A DNA stretch of 64,000 bases from a virus (Duplodnaviria; Caudoviricetes), in the IMG/VR virus record IMGVR_UViG_3300001765_000034, positions 20,150-84,149 of that record; one strand, written 5' to 3'. The stretch's first letter is position 1. Every line of letters starts with the position of its first letter. Made by a program: the position numbers and the translations under genes. The notes beneath the pieces are model-generated. The model saw only the letters and a list, made by a program, of their open reading frames with translations, was not told the DNA's origin and did no database searches. Below are positions 10,364-20,356 of the stretch, piece after piece.

Positions 10364-11863
10364 TTATTTTATTTTGTTCATCAAATCTTTCATTCTCTTG
10401 AACTGAGGATTTTCGTAAGCCTTAGCTTCGGATAATACTTCAGTTGAAGATGATGTCTTAGTTGATGTAACCTTTTCAACCACTGATTCAGCAATCGGTT
10501 TAGTTGTTTCGAGTTCTGTTCTAATTGTATTGAAAAGTTGTTTTGATTCTGTTATTGTCGAAATTGAATCGAATCTTTTTAAAATATTCAATTTTTCTTG
10601 TTTTGTTGTTGAATGTTCTGTGAACAAACGAGTAGAGTGTGCTAAGTTAGCGTTGAATAAAGCAACTTCGTTAAGTTTGTCTTTGAAAAGTAAAAGGGCT
10701 TTTTTGTATTCACCATTTTGTTTTCTTAAAGTTTCAACTTCTTCATTTATTGTTGATCCTGCTTTGAAAACTTTTTTGGATTTAATACCAGTACGTCCTT
10801 GACCTTCTGGTGCTCCTTTGTCTCCATGAGGATTCCACTTAGTCCTTGCGGCTTCAGTAGCTTCAACTTTATTATCACCACATTCTTCACATTCTTCCAT
10901 TCCTTCTTTAGGTTCCTTCATAACTGGGTTACCAGTACCTTTAACGGGAGTACCGCTAAATTTTTCTGCTTGAGTTGTTTTGGTTCCGCCTTTACCCGGT
11001 TCTTTAGTTTCCGCAGGTTTTGTTCCTTTAACAGGAGTTCCTTCGAATTTTTCAGCCTGAGTTGTTTTGGTTCCACCTTTACCCGGTTCTTTTGTTACAG
11101 GATTACCAGTTCCAGGAACAGGAGTTCCAGGTCTTTTGGTTCCTTCTTGTTCATTTGCTTGAAGTTTTTTCACTCCTTTACCCACTTGGGCTTCGGATTT
11201 CTTTTGGAAAGGATTGTTGTCCCCAACTGTATTGGTTACATTAACGGCTTCTTTTGGCTCACTTTTTTTAGCTTTTGCTTTTTGTGTGAAAGGTTGATCT
11301 TCATCTTCCTCGTCGAGCTCGATTTCGTAAACTGTTTCATCTTCATTAAGACCTTCAGGAAGTTCTGGTTCATCCTCTGGGATTTCAGGACTTTCTTCAT
11401 CGTCGTCTAACTTAATGATATAGTCGTTACCTGCGTCTGAGAACTGAACTGTGTTTCCGTCTTTTTTTACAACAATTCCGTCTTCAGGTTTCATAGCTTT
11501 GAAAACTTTCAAAACTTCGGCTTCTGAAGCGTTAGTCATATCAAGAACGTCATCGTCAGAGTCACCATCACCACCTAAACCATCAAGGTCATTAGGAAGT
11601 TCAGCTTCAGGTTCATCCTCAAGTTCAGGTTCGTCGAGTTTCGGCTCGTCGTTTATCGAAGTGTCATCATCATCATCGGGTGCTTCCACACCGTCAACAT
11701 CTTGTGCTTCTTCTTCAGGATCTTCATCCTCTTGTTCTCTTAGCAAATCGTTTAGCTCTTGTTTCATAGTTGAAGCAAGTATGCCCTTTGCGTTCGCTTT
11801 AACAGCTTCTTCGAGTGTCTCTACTTGAAGCAATGCCTTTTCTAAAATTGATTTTTCAGCCAT
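10364..11863 (-). CDS. Prohead core/scaffolding protein (gp22-like position)
   Basis: Acidic low-complexity N-terminal half, coiled-coil C-terminus, located between protease and capsid. Confidence 0.6.
   Translation of the reverse strand: MAEKSILEKALLQVETLEEAVKANAKGILASTMKQELNDLLREQEDEDPEEEAQDVDGVEAPDDDDDTSINDEPKLDEPELEDEPEAELPNDLDGLGGDGDSDDDVLDMTNASEAEVLKVFKAMKPEDGIVVKKDGNTVQFSDAGNDYIIKLDDDEESPEIPEDEPELPEGLNEDETVYEIELDEEDEDQPFTQKAKAKKSEPKEAVNVTNTVGDNNPFQKKSEAQVGKGVKKLQANEQEGTKRPGTPVPGTGNPVTKEPGKGGTKTTQAEKFEGTPVKGTKPAETKEPGKGGTKTTQAEKFSGTPVKGTGNPVMKEPKEGMEECEECGDNKVEATEAARTKWNPHGDKGAPEGQGRTGIKSKKVFKAGSTINEEVETLRKQNGEYKKALLLFKDKLNEVALFNANLAHSTRLFTEHSTTKQEKLNILKRFDSISTITESKQLFNTIRTELETTKPIAESVVEKVTSTKTSSSTEVLSEAKAYENPQFKRMKDLMNKIK
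10921..11130 (-). repeat. 87-bp (29-aa) tandem repeat inside scaffold gene
   Basis: TTTACCCGGTTCTTT at 10991 and 11078; CCTTTAAC.GGAGT.CC at 10938 and 11025; peptide TKEPGKGGTKTTQAEKF.GTPVKGT occurs twice. Confidence 0.85.
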
Positions 11864-11943
11864 TTTTGTTTCCTTTTGTTTTTATAAATATTCCATTATT
11901 ATTAAAAGTTTATCTTTATGCACTTAAAAACATAAATTTTTTC

Positions 11944-12639
11944 TTATTTTGAAAGAAAATTATCCAAATTATACATTAATTGAGATGTTCGATTATTATT
12001 TTTGGGTTCTTCCTCTTTCACAGATTCTTCGTAATTTACTCTATCTTCTAAATCACTGAACACGTACGCGCCAGGAGTTGACGGTGACGATACTAAGTCA
12101 AAGCACACTAATTCAAAGTCTTCTTGAACAATATTGTACCCCTTGACATTTTTTAATGACCCAACACCACGAGATGAAATCCCCAATGTTGCACCATTCA
12201 TTAATAAATTTGCGGCTTGATCGCCTTTACAACTGATAATTCCAGCTTTTTTCCATCCAGGAGATGTGAAAATTTTAATTTTTCCGAGTAAGGCGTTTCC
12301 TTCCCACCACGTTTCAATAATTGAATGTGAAACTCTATCTAAATCGATAAGGGAAGATGTTGGGTGGTTGAGTTCATTCAACGCAGACCCGTTTTTAATA
12401 AGGATTTGGTATTTGTCGTTTTCCCGTCTTAAAATTGGTTCGGGATAAATTCTACCATTCTTATTTGGAGTGTCATATTTTTGTAGGACGGCGTACAGAA
12501 TAAGATCATTCATAAAATCCATATTCCGCATCTCTGCGAGGATCTGTTGATTTTTAAGATCTAAAGGGGATATGTGACCAGAATCATATTCTATCAAATA
12601 TCCCCGTACACCAAAATCGTTTTTACCTAATACCTTCAT
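11944..12639 (-). CDS. gp21: Prohead core protease (T4 gp21-like)
   Basis: NKNGRIYP, ELNHP, LGISSRGVGS, FDLVSSPSTPGA motifs. Confidence 0.92.
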   Translation of the reverse strand: MKVLGKNDFGVRGYLIEYDSGHISPLDLKNQQILAEMRNMDFMNDLILYAVLQKYDTPNKNGRIYPEPILRRENDKYQILIKNGSALNELNHPTSSLIDLDRVSHSIIETWWEGNALLGKIKIFTSPGWKKAGIISCKGDQAANLLMNGATLGISSRGVGSLKNVKGYNIVQEDFELVCFDLVSSPSTPGAYVFSDLEDRVNYEESVKEEEPKNNNRTSQLMYNLDNFLSK

Positions 12640-12673
12640 TTATAGTTTAACTATAAATATATAGGTATTAGAA

Positions 12674-13099
12674 CTATTTTTTACTTTTATTAAAATTAAA
12701 CAACTTTTTGTTATCTAAATCGAAATTTAAAATATCATCGCACAATTTTTCCATCAGATTTTTAACTTCATCTGAACGTATATCAAAAGGTTTTTCTGTA
12801 AAAAAAGTGATTTCGAGATTTAGAAAGGATTTTTTTCCAAGTTTAATACCCTTTGTCCTAATATCCAGATCGACAATGGATTCTTTTTTAAAAAACTCAG
12901 ATTGTAAATTACTTATACGTAATTTTATTTTTCTTTTGGATTTTGATATAATAGAATCAAACTCATCTTCATCATTTTCGGGTTCCAACCACGAGTTCAA
13001 TTTTAGATATATCGTTTTTAAATTTTTGTGGTCAACGGTTCCATATCCAACTTTCACATTGTTGTAATATCCCAAGGTAATAAATTTCCCTGTTTTCAT
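12674..13099 (-). CDS. Hypothetical protein
   Basis: 141-aa ORF in head module. Confidence 0.7.
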   Translation of the reverse strand: MKTGKFITLGYYNNVKVGYGTVDHKNLKTIYLKLNSWLEPENDEDEFDSIISKSKRKIKLRISNLQSEFFKKESIVDLDIRTKGIKLGKKSFLNLEITFFTEKPFDIRSDEVKNLMEKLCDDILNFDLDNKKLFNFNKSKK

Positions 13100-13167
13100 T
13101 CAAATTCATCATAATATATAATTTTTATGGTGTTATATAAAATATATGAAAAAGAATCCATAAATCC

Positions 13168-13197
13168 AAAAAAAAAACGGACTTAAAGTCCGTTTTT
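13168..13197 (-). terminator. Intrinsic terminator
   Basis: CGGACTT/AAGTCCG hairpin with A10 on the plus strand (U-run on minus). Confidence 0.75.
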
Positions 13198-13917
13198 CAA
13201 TTGTTGTAGTTTGTAGTAATTGTATTTGGTTGGTTTTAACTCCTCTGATTCCTTTTGTACAGAATTTAGTTTAGATTTTAATTCACTATTGTCTTGACAT
13301 TCGGTTATCATTTTATCGAGTTTTAATGTTACCTCTTCTTTTAACGATTTAAAATTATTTTCCAGATCGTTAAGGGACATTGTAAGTATCTCTGATAATT
13401 TTGTCTTATCTTCTTCGCTCAACATTTGATCAAAATTATTATTAAACCTATCAACTAACACAAAATTTAACAAATTTTCATTACTGGTAAATTTGTTAGT
13501 AGATTCATTAATTTCTTTTTCCTTTGTTAAGTGTTCAATTAATTTTTTTCTAGCTGAGATTTTCTTATCAATATTCTTAAAAGTGTCATCTTCTGAGAGA
13601 ATATCTAAATAATTGTAAACTTCAACTTCATTAACTTCAGCTTTCGGTAGACGTTTGGTAATAGATTTACAAAATTCCTCAACTTTTTTAGATTTATCTT
13701 TTAACAACCTCTCAAAACTTTCAACAAAAATTTCGGGATGGTCTTCAGTTTTAAGGTACATACCTTCAATTTCTTCATAAAACAGATATAGTTCTCTAAA
13801 ATCTTTATTTTCTTTAAGAATTTTTAAGATATCTTTTACTTTGTTCTTATCACCAGCTATATACGATTCAGCTAAGTTGTGTAAGATGTTAACTTTTAAT
13901 GCTCCAATTTTACTCAT
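13183..13917 (-). CDS. Hypothetical helical protein
   Basis: 244-aa ORF overlapping the portal stop. Confidence 0.7.
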   Translation of the reverse strand: MSKIGALKVNILHNLAESYIAGDKNKVKDILKILKENKDFRELYLFYEEIEGMYLKTEDHPEIFVESFERLLKDKSKKVEEFCKSITKRLPKAEVNEVEVYNYLDILSEDDTFKNIDKKISARKKLIEHLTKEKEINESTNKFTSNENLLNFVLVDRFNNNFDQMLSEEDKTKLSEILTMSLNDLENNFKSLKEEVTLKLDKMITECQDNSELKSKLNSVQKESEELKPTKYNYYKLQQLKNGL

Positions 13918-15832
13918 CGGTATGTTCTTTTGTTATTTCAGTTATTACTCTTTCTATTTCATAAATATTGTTCTGTGCCTTTTCGGTGTCAAATAAATCA
14001 TTTAAACTAATATCCTCATTTAACATAGATAAAATTTTAGATTTGTTTGATGTACTTGCGAATGTTCTTTCCTGTTCTGATAATGGAGCTGCAGGTGCTT
14101 CACCACCCAACGGTGGAGCTCCCGCTCCTTCTAATGGGGCACCTAAATCCCCGCCAGCAGGACTTGCTCCGCCTCCGCCACCACCACCGGATATTCCGCC
14201 AGCCATCTGGTCACCGCCAGCTGCTCCACCACCTTGTGCAAGAGCATCCTCAATTCTTTTTCTTTCTTCTTCAGGAATTCCGTATTTCTTATCAACATCA
14301 TCAAATACACCTGTACGTCTGATAATTTGTGCGGTTCCCATTAATTCAGCACCAATTGCACGTTCCATTCTTTGTTGTTGTAAGTCTAATATTACTTCAT
14401 TGTCACTCATACCTAAAATATTTTTCTTAGCCCATGTGTGAGATACCGGAAGAATACCCATTTGAGATTGGTCGGATGTTGCATCCTTATACATTGTAAT
14501 TTTTTCTTTCCAAGATTCAATTTTCAATAAATCAGACTGACCCGATGGATTCGTCATCATTAAGGTAAAATTGTTTAATTCATCTTCCATTCCCAAAAGA
14601 AATAGATGAACCAATGCGATTTTATTTAATTCCTGAATGATTGATTGTTGAATTCTGTTGATTGTTCTAGCAAAACGAATATCAAGTAACGCTAAACCCT
14701 TACCATTACCCAATACATCTTCGAATCCTAAGAAAGCTTTCGGAATTCTAAGGGCTGCTAACATTTTCTTTTGGATGTATTCAATATCAGCAATTTCCCC
14801 CAAATTTTGTGCTCCGGGTAACGTCTCTATTGGACTACTTTGAGAAATATCACGCATTGGTATAAAATAATCTTGGTCAACAGCCATTTGATTATATCTC
14901 ATATCAACCTGTCCATTTTTTTGGTCAACAACTTGATCTCTTTTAAATTTATTTGCTATTCTTTGTACATACGGTTCAATATCTTTATCATCCATATTTC
15001 CAACAAACACTTTGAACACCCTTCTTTCAGGGGCTCTGGATGTTCTATAAATCAACATTGCATCTTCAGCAAGAAGTAATTGTTTCCAAATACGTCTGAT
15101 TTTATCCAACATAGATGTTCCATAAGGAAGTTTTCTGTCATCGCCGAGAATTCTAAAATGGGCAATTTCCCATGCTTGGAATTCCATATCTTTATTATTC
15201 CATGTAAATCGCAGTTCTCTAGTTGGAAACTTACTACCCACCCTATCACTTTGATTTGGACTAGATTGTCTAGCTCCTTCTAACCTTTGTATTTCAATGT
15301 TAGGTAATTGTTGACACCCTATAATTCCTTTATCAGCATCAATTTTTAAATAAACAAAGTTATCACCGTACTTACACATCCCTCTAGTCCACATTTGTAA
15401 GTTGGTGTTTACGTCTAACACATTATAAAACAGGTCATCTAACATTGATTTGATTCGCTTTGAATCAGAGTGTATCGTTAAAATCTGTCCTTTTTCTGAT
15501 TTAGTTGTGGATTCTTCAGCATAGATATCGAGTGCTGCGGAAACTTCCGGGGTGAATTCCATACTTTCATAATCATAATAAGCTGATAGTCTATTTGGTT
15601 CATAGTAAACCGATTGATTATATAGTGACATATCGAGTTTCGACCATTTGTCAGCAATATATTGGGTTTGCTTAGCTTGTAGTAATGCCTTTTCGTACTC
15701 TTCTTTACTGTCTGTTTTTAATATTTCATCTTTTGAAAACTCAAACGATGGTGGTGGGGGTGATATAGTATTCCCTTGAAAACCGAAAGTTTTTGTTAAT
15801 CGTTGAAATATCGTCATTTGTTCTTTTGCCAT
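13910..15832 (-). CDS. gp20: Portal vertex protein (T4 gp20-like)
   Basis: YGTSMLDKIRRIWKQLLLAEDAMLIYRTSRAPERRVF, DYFIP, LPGAQNLGEIADIEY motifs. Confidence 0.95.
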   Translation of the reverse strand: MAKEQMTIFQRLTKTFGFQGNTISPPPPSFEFSKDEILKTDSKEEYEKALLQAKQTQYIADKWSKLDMSLYNQSVYYEPNRLSAYYDYESMEFTPEVSAALDIYAEESTTKSEKGQILTIHSDSKRIKSMLDDLFYNVLDVNTNLQMWTRGMCKYGDNFVYLKIDADKGIIGCQQLPNIEIQRLEGARQSSPNQSDRVGSKFPTRELRFTWNNKDMEFQAWEIAHFRILGDDRKLPYGTSMLDKIRRIWKQLLLAEDAMLIYRTSRAPERRVFKVFVGNMDDKDIEPYVQRIANKFKRDQVVDQKNGQVDMRYNQMAVDQDYFIPMRDISQSSPIETLPGAQNLGEIADIEYIQKKMLAALRIPKAFLGFEDVLGNGKGLALLDIRFARTINRIQQSIIQELNKIALVHLFLLGMEDELNNFTLMMTNPSGQSDLLKIESWKEKITMYKDATSDQSQMGILPVSHTWAKKNILGMSDNEVILDLQQQRMERAIGAELMGTAQIIRRTGVFDDVDKKYGIPEEERKRIEDALAQGGGAAGGDQMAGGISGGGGGGGASPAGGDLGAPLEGAGAPPLGGEAPAAPLSEQERTFASTSNKSKILSMLNEDISLNDLFDTEKAQNNIYEIERVITEITKEHTDE

Positions 15833-15882
15833 ACCTATAAATATTGTTTATAATGTAAAGATTTTTTTTTTATAATTGAAGC

Positions 15883-17685
15883 TTATTTGTTTTTATTTAT
15901 ACCTTTAAATAACCACGAATATGTCTCATATTGTTGTTTTTTAGTTATTAATTCTTGACTTCTAAATAACGGATTACCTTCAATAGGTTGCCCATCCATT
16001 GTCATAGACCCCATTGGGTCGAATGCCCTACCATAAGAATAAAATGATTTATTGGGTTCATATGTTCTCTCAGAAATCATCCAAGACTCAATCATCGCTT
16101 TATTAACAGAGTCAACCCTTTGAAGTTGTCCAAAACTAACATCTGCAATGTATAGGGCGATAGCCATACTCATAATAGCGTCGTCGTGAGTTCCTTTCAT
16201 ATGGTCAGGTCTTCCGTTAATATACACGAATGTGTTTAACTCATTCACCACCCTCTGAGACCTAACAATAAATCCATGTCGTAATTGTTCCTCGAAAGCT
16301 GCAACAATTTGGGTACGTTTATTATTAAAGTTAATTCCCGGAATTTTTTCCATCGCTTTACTATTGTACTCCCAAACATTTTGAGTATTAATTCCTTCAA
16401 TGTACATATTTTTATATCCCATCTCTTGGAATTTCCTTGCCGTAGCAATTCCCATACCACCCGTTATATCAATCCCAACAAATGCTTTATATAATACCGC
16501 CCATCGATAGGCAACGGAAGCTAAATCATCTGGCGGAATTTTTCCTACATATTCAAGAACTTGTTCTCGTTCATCAAAGTCAATTATACAAATGCCTGAA
16601 AAGTCTTCACTATCTCCTCTAGAAACATCAATCCCCATTACATAACGGTGTCCCTCAATAGGATCCTTCCAATGCCAAAGAGTACCACTCATCAGTTTTT
16701 CCGTTGGGGCTTTTATCATATTTTTGACGATATTTTCTCTTGTTTCGTAAGGAATTACACTATCGCCAGATCCTAAAAAGTCACATTCTATCTCCTGAGC
16801 AATTTTTCTTGGATCATATTTAAGTTTCTTTGACATTCCTTCAAACCATGGAGAATATGGCTTATAACCCGCATCAATCGTTTTTTGATAATCTTTCATC
16901 GGGATATTACGTAATATGAAATCTTCATTTTCGTTTTCATATAATTCACGGTTCAACATATAATGAACCATATCTCTTGTTTTAATCCAAATTAAATCTT
17001 TTGAATATCTCGGATCTTTGTACCATTGTAAATCACTAATATGGAAATTGTTAATACCTTTTATTGCTTGGTCAAATACTGTGTAATATATTGGATCAAA
17101 ACCGTTTGGTGTTGAAATAAGAATAATTTTACCACCTGTTGAAAGGGATGCCATAGAAGCTGCCCAGAAATCATCTCCAGCTTCAATATATGCGGCCTCA
17201 TCAAATATAAGAATAGTTGGTGTATAACCCCTTAAAGCATCTTTAGATGTTGCAACAGCTTTAACTTCACAACCATTATTTAATCTGAATCTACTTTCTG
17301 AGTTCTTATCCGGACTAAATCCGACATTCATCCAATCCGGCCACTGCGATAAGAATCCACGAATTTTATTTGCCATTTCAATCGCGGTGTCTCGTTTATT
17401 CGCAACGATAAGGATTTTTTCAGGACTTTCTCTTTTTGCAGTTTGTAGTACTTTTGATATCCATGCGGCGGTTACGGTTGTTACACCGGCCTGACGATAT
17501 TTTCTGGTAATATTTTCATTAAAATTTTCATAATCGCTTAACAATTGTATTTGATCAGGAAAAAGATCTAACGGAACATTACGACCCTGGGTATTATCAA
17601 ATGTTTGTAAGTATGTTCGAAGAGCATACGGTGTGTCTTTAATAATTTTAGCGTATTCTTTTAATTGTTCTATATTTGATGCCAT
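15883..17685 (-). CDS. gp17: Terminase large subunit (T4 gp17-like)
   Basis: KYRQAGVTT Walker A, LIFDEAAY Walker B, ISTPNG, GIDVSRG nuclease motif, HDDAIMS. Confidence 0.95.
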   Translation of the reverse strand: MASNIEQLKEYAKIIKDTPYALRTYLQTFDNTQGRNVPLDLFPDQIQLLSDYENFNENITRKYRQAGVTTVTAAWISKVLQTAKRESPEKILIVANKRDTAIEMANKIRGFLSQWPDWMNVGFSPDKNSESRFRLNNGCEVKAVATSKDALRGYTPTILIFDEAAYIEAGDDFWAASMASLSTGGKIILISTPNGFDPIYYTVFDQAIKGINNFHISDLQWYKDPRYSKDLIWIKTRDMVHYMLNRELYENENEDFILRNIPMKDYQKTIDAGYKPYSPWFEGMSKKLKYDPRKIAQEIECDFLGSGDSVIPYETRENIVKNMIKAPTEKLMSGTLWHWKDPIEGHRYVMGIDVSRGDSEDFSGICIIDFDEREQVLEYVGKIPPDDLASVAYRWAVLYKAFVGIDITGGMGIATARKFQEMGYKNMYIEGINTQNVWEYNSKAMEKIPGINFNNKRTQIVAAFEEQLRHGFIVRSQRVVNELNTFVYINGRPDHMKGTHDDAIMSMAIALYIADVSFGQLQRVDSVNKAMIESWMISERTYEPNKSFYSYGRAFDPMGSMTMDGQPIEGNPLFRSQELITKKQQYETYSWLFKGINKNK

Positions 17686-17697
17686 ACCTATAAATAC

Positions 17698-17723
17698 AAA
17701 AAAAGACGGAAATATCCGTCTTT
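17698..17723 (-). terminator. Intrinsic terminator
   Basis: GACGGA/TCCGTC hairpin with A7 on the plus strand. Confidence 0.7.
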
Positions 17724-17744
17724 ATGTCAGTTTGATTAGAACAA

Positions 17745-19250
17745 CTATCCTCGATTACCTTGTTTACGGTCAATCATTTGTTGAATTTTCTGTGCAAGTT
17801 CCCAATTTTCATCATCAATTGCTTTATTCATTTCATAGTTCAATTGATTAAGTCCCATGCTAGCAAGTTTCTTATCATCAACTTGTCCGCCTTGTGGGGC
17901 TTGAGCTTGAGGAATGTTACCTTCTGGTTCTTTTGATGATTTAATTCCTAAATTTTGTAGGAAATCGTTAAGTTCGTTGTCATCAGTTTCTTCTGCAGCC
18001 TCTTCAATTTCTGTGTGTAACTCAGTTACATCAGGTTCGTTTTCTTCGTTAAAAGAAGCTTTTACACCGTTCATTAAATGAGCCATCATACTTTTCCCTC
18101 TTGGGGTTCCTGAAAGAATTTCTTTTACGAAAACTAAGAAATCTTTAGCTTTTAGTTTGAAAATTGCAACTAATAAGAAATTCTGTAAATGTCTTTGATT
18201 TTCATCAAGTAAAATTTCTTCAGGGAATTGTGCTCGGATTCGATTCCATATTGATGGACCTAATCTTATATCCCATATTTCTTTTTCTAATGTATCTTCA
18301 GACATTCCAACTTCGATTCCCCCAACTTCAGGTTCTCCGTGGATGGCTAAAAGTTCCATAACGCCTTTAATGAGTTCGTGAACTAAAACAGGGAAAGTAA
18401 CTCCACGAGCAATAATTGTAGGAGGATCAGTGTTTCTATCAACTTCTTCTTTTCCTGCCATAGATTGACCTCCACCACCCATTGCCATATCTAAAGATTG
18501 GTCGGGTAACTGCCAATATAATGAATCGTTAACAGACATCATTATGCCATAATTTCTAATAAGGTCATCTGATCCTGTGATTTGTGCAATTCTGTCAGCC
18601 GCGTAATGGTACATATAATAACCTTTCATTGCTGAACCTTGAATAATACTGTTAATTAATCTTCTCTTTGCTTTTTCTAAATTAAGATGTTCAAGTTCAC
18701 CCGCAATTTCAACTTCATTGTTGAGATTCATTTCTTCGTCTCCACCTTCTGGTTGTTCTGGCTGTTCTGGTTGTTCTTCGTCTCTATTCATTCCACCCAT
18801 ATCCATTTCACCTATTCCAACAATTTTTGCATCAAACTGGAAATCTCCCTCTTGGATACCCATTTCTTTTGTAACTAGCTCGATAGCTAAGTTTTCAAGT
18901 TCTTCTCTATGTGCTCTTTCTGTTTGTATAATTCTTTGTAACGATTCACCCGCTGTTCGCATCAATGGCATTAAACCACGTTCTGCTTTTAATGATATTG
19001 GACGACCTAAATATTCTGAAACTTTTTGGATAACATCTCTGTATCTTTCGGATGCTAGAAGTTCTTGAAAATTTGATTCAGGTCCTTCAGCCTCTGGTTC
19101 AGGAAACTCTACTTTATCAAATGGTGTATTACCTTGTGATAATTTATCGGTTACATCTGGATGTGGTTCGTTCTCAGGGGGTAGATCCATTGGCATTTCT
19201 CTGAGATTTTTTTTAACTGATTCCCTTAAACTTTTATTAGTAATTTTCAT
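17745..19250 (-). CDS. Hypothetical protein with C-terminal UVR-like motif
   Basis: 501 aa; ends MNKAIDDENWELAQKIQQMID. Confidence 0.7.
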   Translation of the reverse strand: MKITNKSLRESVKKNLREMPMDLPPENEPHPDVTDKLSQGNTPFDKVEFPEPEAEGPESNFQELLASERYRDVIQKVSEYLGRPISLKAERGLMPLMRTAGESLQRIIQTERAHREELENLAIELVTKEMGIQEGDFQFDAKIVGIGEMDMGGMNRDEEQPEQPEQPEGGDEEMNLNNEVEIAGELEHLNLEKAKRRLINSIIQGSAMKGYYMYHYAADRIAQITGSDDLIRNYGIMMSVNDSLYWQLPDQSLDMAMGGGGQSMAGKEEVDRNTDPPTIIARGVTFPVLVHELIKGVMELLAIHGEPEVGGIEVGMSEDTLEKEIWDIRLGPSIWNRIRAQFPEEILLDENQRHLQNFLLVAIFKLKAKDFLVFVKEILSGTPRGKSMMAHLMNGVKASFNEENEPDVTELHTEIEEAAEETDDNELNDFLQNLGIKSSKEPEGNIPQAQAPQGGQVDDKKLASMGLNQLNYEMNKAIDDENWELAQKIQQMIDRKQGNRG

Positions 19251-19253
19251 AGA

Positions 19254-19955
19254 TTATTTTTTTTCTGCTTTTGGTGCTGGGTTTATACCTGGTCCTGGAT
19301 GTAACGGATTTCTCTTCTTTTCTCTATCAGGATTCCCCGGTCTAGTTGTTGGTTTTATAGTCGGTTCAGCTGGAGCAGGTGCTCCTGCACTATGAATTGC
19401 GTCGTAGGTTAAGAATTTAGGAAGACTTGCTTTAGTTTTAGCTTTAGGTTCAGCAACATCAGTCTCCTGTTCATTTAATTTCTTATTAATAAGACTTAAA
19501 ATTTCCGTTTTAGTTGTAAACGGATGAACATTCTTACCAACTAGGTGGTTAACCCATTCATTTAATCCAACAGTACTGAATTCACCCATTTTTGACTTAG
19601 GAGCTTTTTCACCCATCCTTCTAAGAAGTTCTTTAAGATTTTCTATCTTAGTTTTATCGGTCTCATGTTCCATTTTGAATTTAATTTTTTTAATGAAATG
19701 TGCTTTACTGTTTTCACTATCATTATCTTCTTCTTTCATTTCGCCTTCATATGTCGCAAATGGTTTCTTTTGTTGTTTCAAGACATTTTGTGTTGTAATG
19801 TCAGTACGTGAAACGTTTGTCACGGGTTGTACTGGTGATTGTTCATTAAGAACCCTATCAGCCATTAATTTCAGTTCTTTGTCACTCATTGTAGCGAGTG
19901 TCTTTACTGAGAACCCCTCTTTAATTAATTTTGATACTAATTCTTTTCTTTTCAT
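19254..19955 (-). CDS. Hypothetical protein (possible internal head protein)
   Basis: 233 aa with LNEQ motifs and a Pro-rich tail. Confidence 0.65.
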   Translation of the reverse strand: MKRKELVSKLIKEGFSVKTLATMSDKELKLMADRVLNEQSPVQPVTNVSRTDITTQNVLKQQKKPFATYEGEMKEEDNDSENSKAHFIKKIKFKMEHETDKTKIENLKELLRRMGEKAPKSKMGEFSTVGLNEWVNHLVGKNVHPFTTKTEILSLINKKLNEQETDVAEPKAKTKASLPKFLTYDAIHSAGAPAPAEPTIKPTTRPGNPDREKKRNPLHPGPGINPAPKAEKK

Positions 19956-20356
19956 TTACGTAATTTATATTGAATTTCATCATTTATTAACCTAAGCCCT
20001 TTTGTCATTAATTTCTCGGTCACACTTTCTAGGGTGTCACCATAATGGAAAGATATTCTAATTGGCCTCTCCTCCGATTCTTTATCAAATGGTTCCCATC
20101 CCAAAGCTACAATACCATCAGCCGCATCTACTACTCCAAAGTAATCAGAATTTTGAACTAAATCAAGTTCTAAATCTGAATTCTTTAATAGACCCACAAT
20201 GTCAATATTTTTAAGTTCTGGTGGTACTGATTTTCCTGATGAAGGAATTTCATACCAATCATCTTCCATTACGTCGTTTTGTTTGCTAAAAATAAACTCG
20301 TATTGTCGTTGACCTTTATAGTCTCGTCCAAGTTCGTTAATGTAAACTAAAAACAT
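19952..20356 (-). CDS. Hypothetical protein
   Basis: 134-aa ORF coupled to both neighbours. Confidence 0.7.
   Translation of the reverse strand: MFLVYINELGRDYKGQRQYEFIFSKQNDVMEDDWYEIPSSGKSVPPELKNIDIVGLLKNSDLELDLVQNSDYFGVVDAADGIVALGWEPFDKESEERPIRISFHYGDTLESVTEKLMTKGLRLINDEIQYKLRK

Noticed and set aside
13910-17685. Intein or group I intron in portal/terminase
   Set aside because: Both ORFs have ordinary length and continuous motifs, with no LAGLIDADG or HINT signatures
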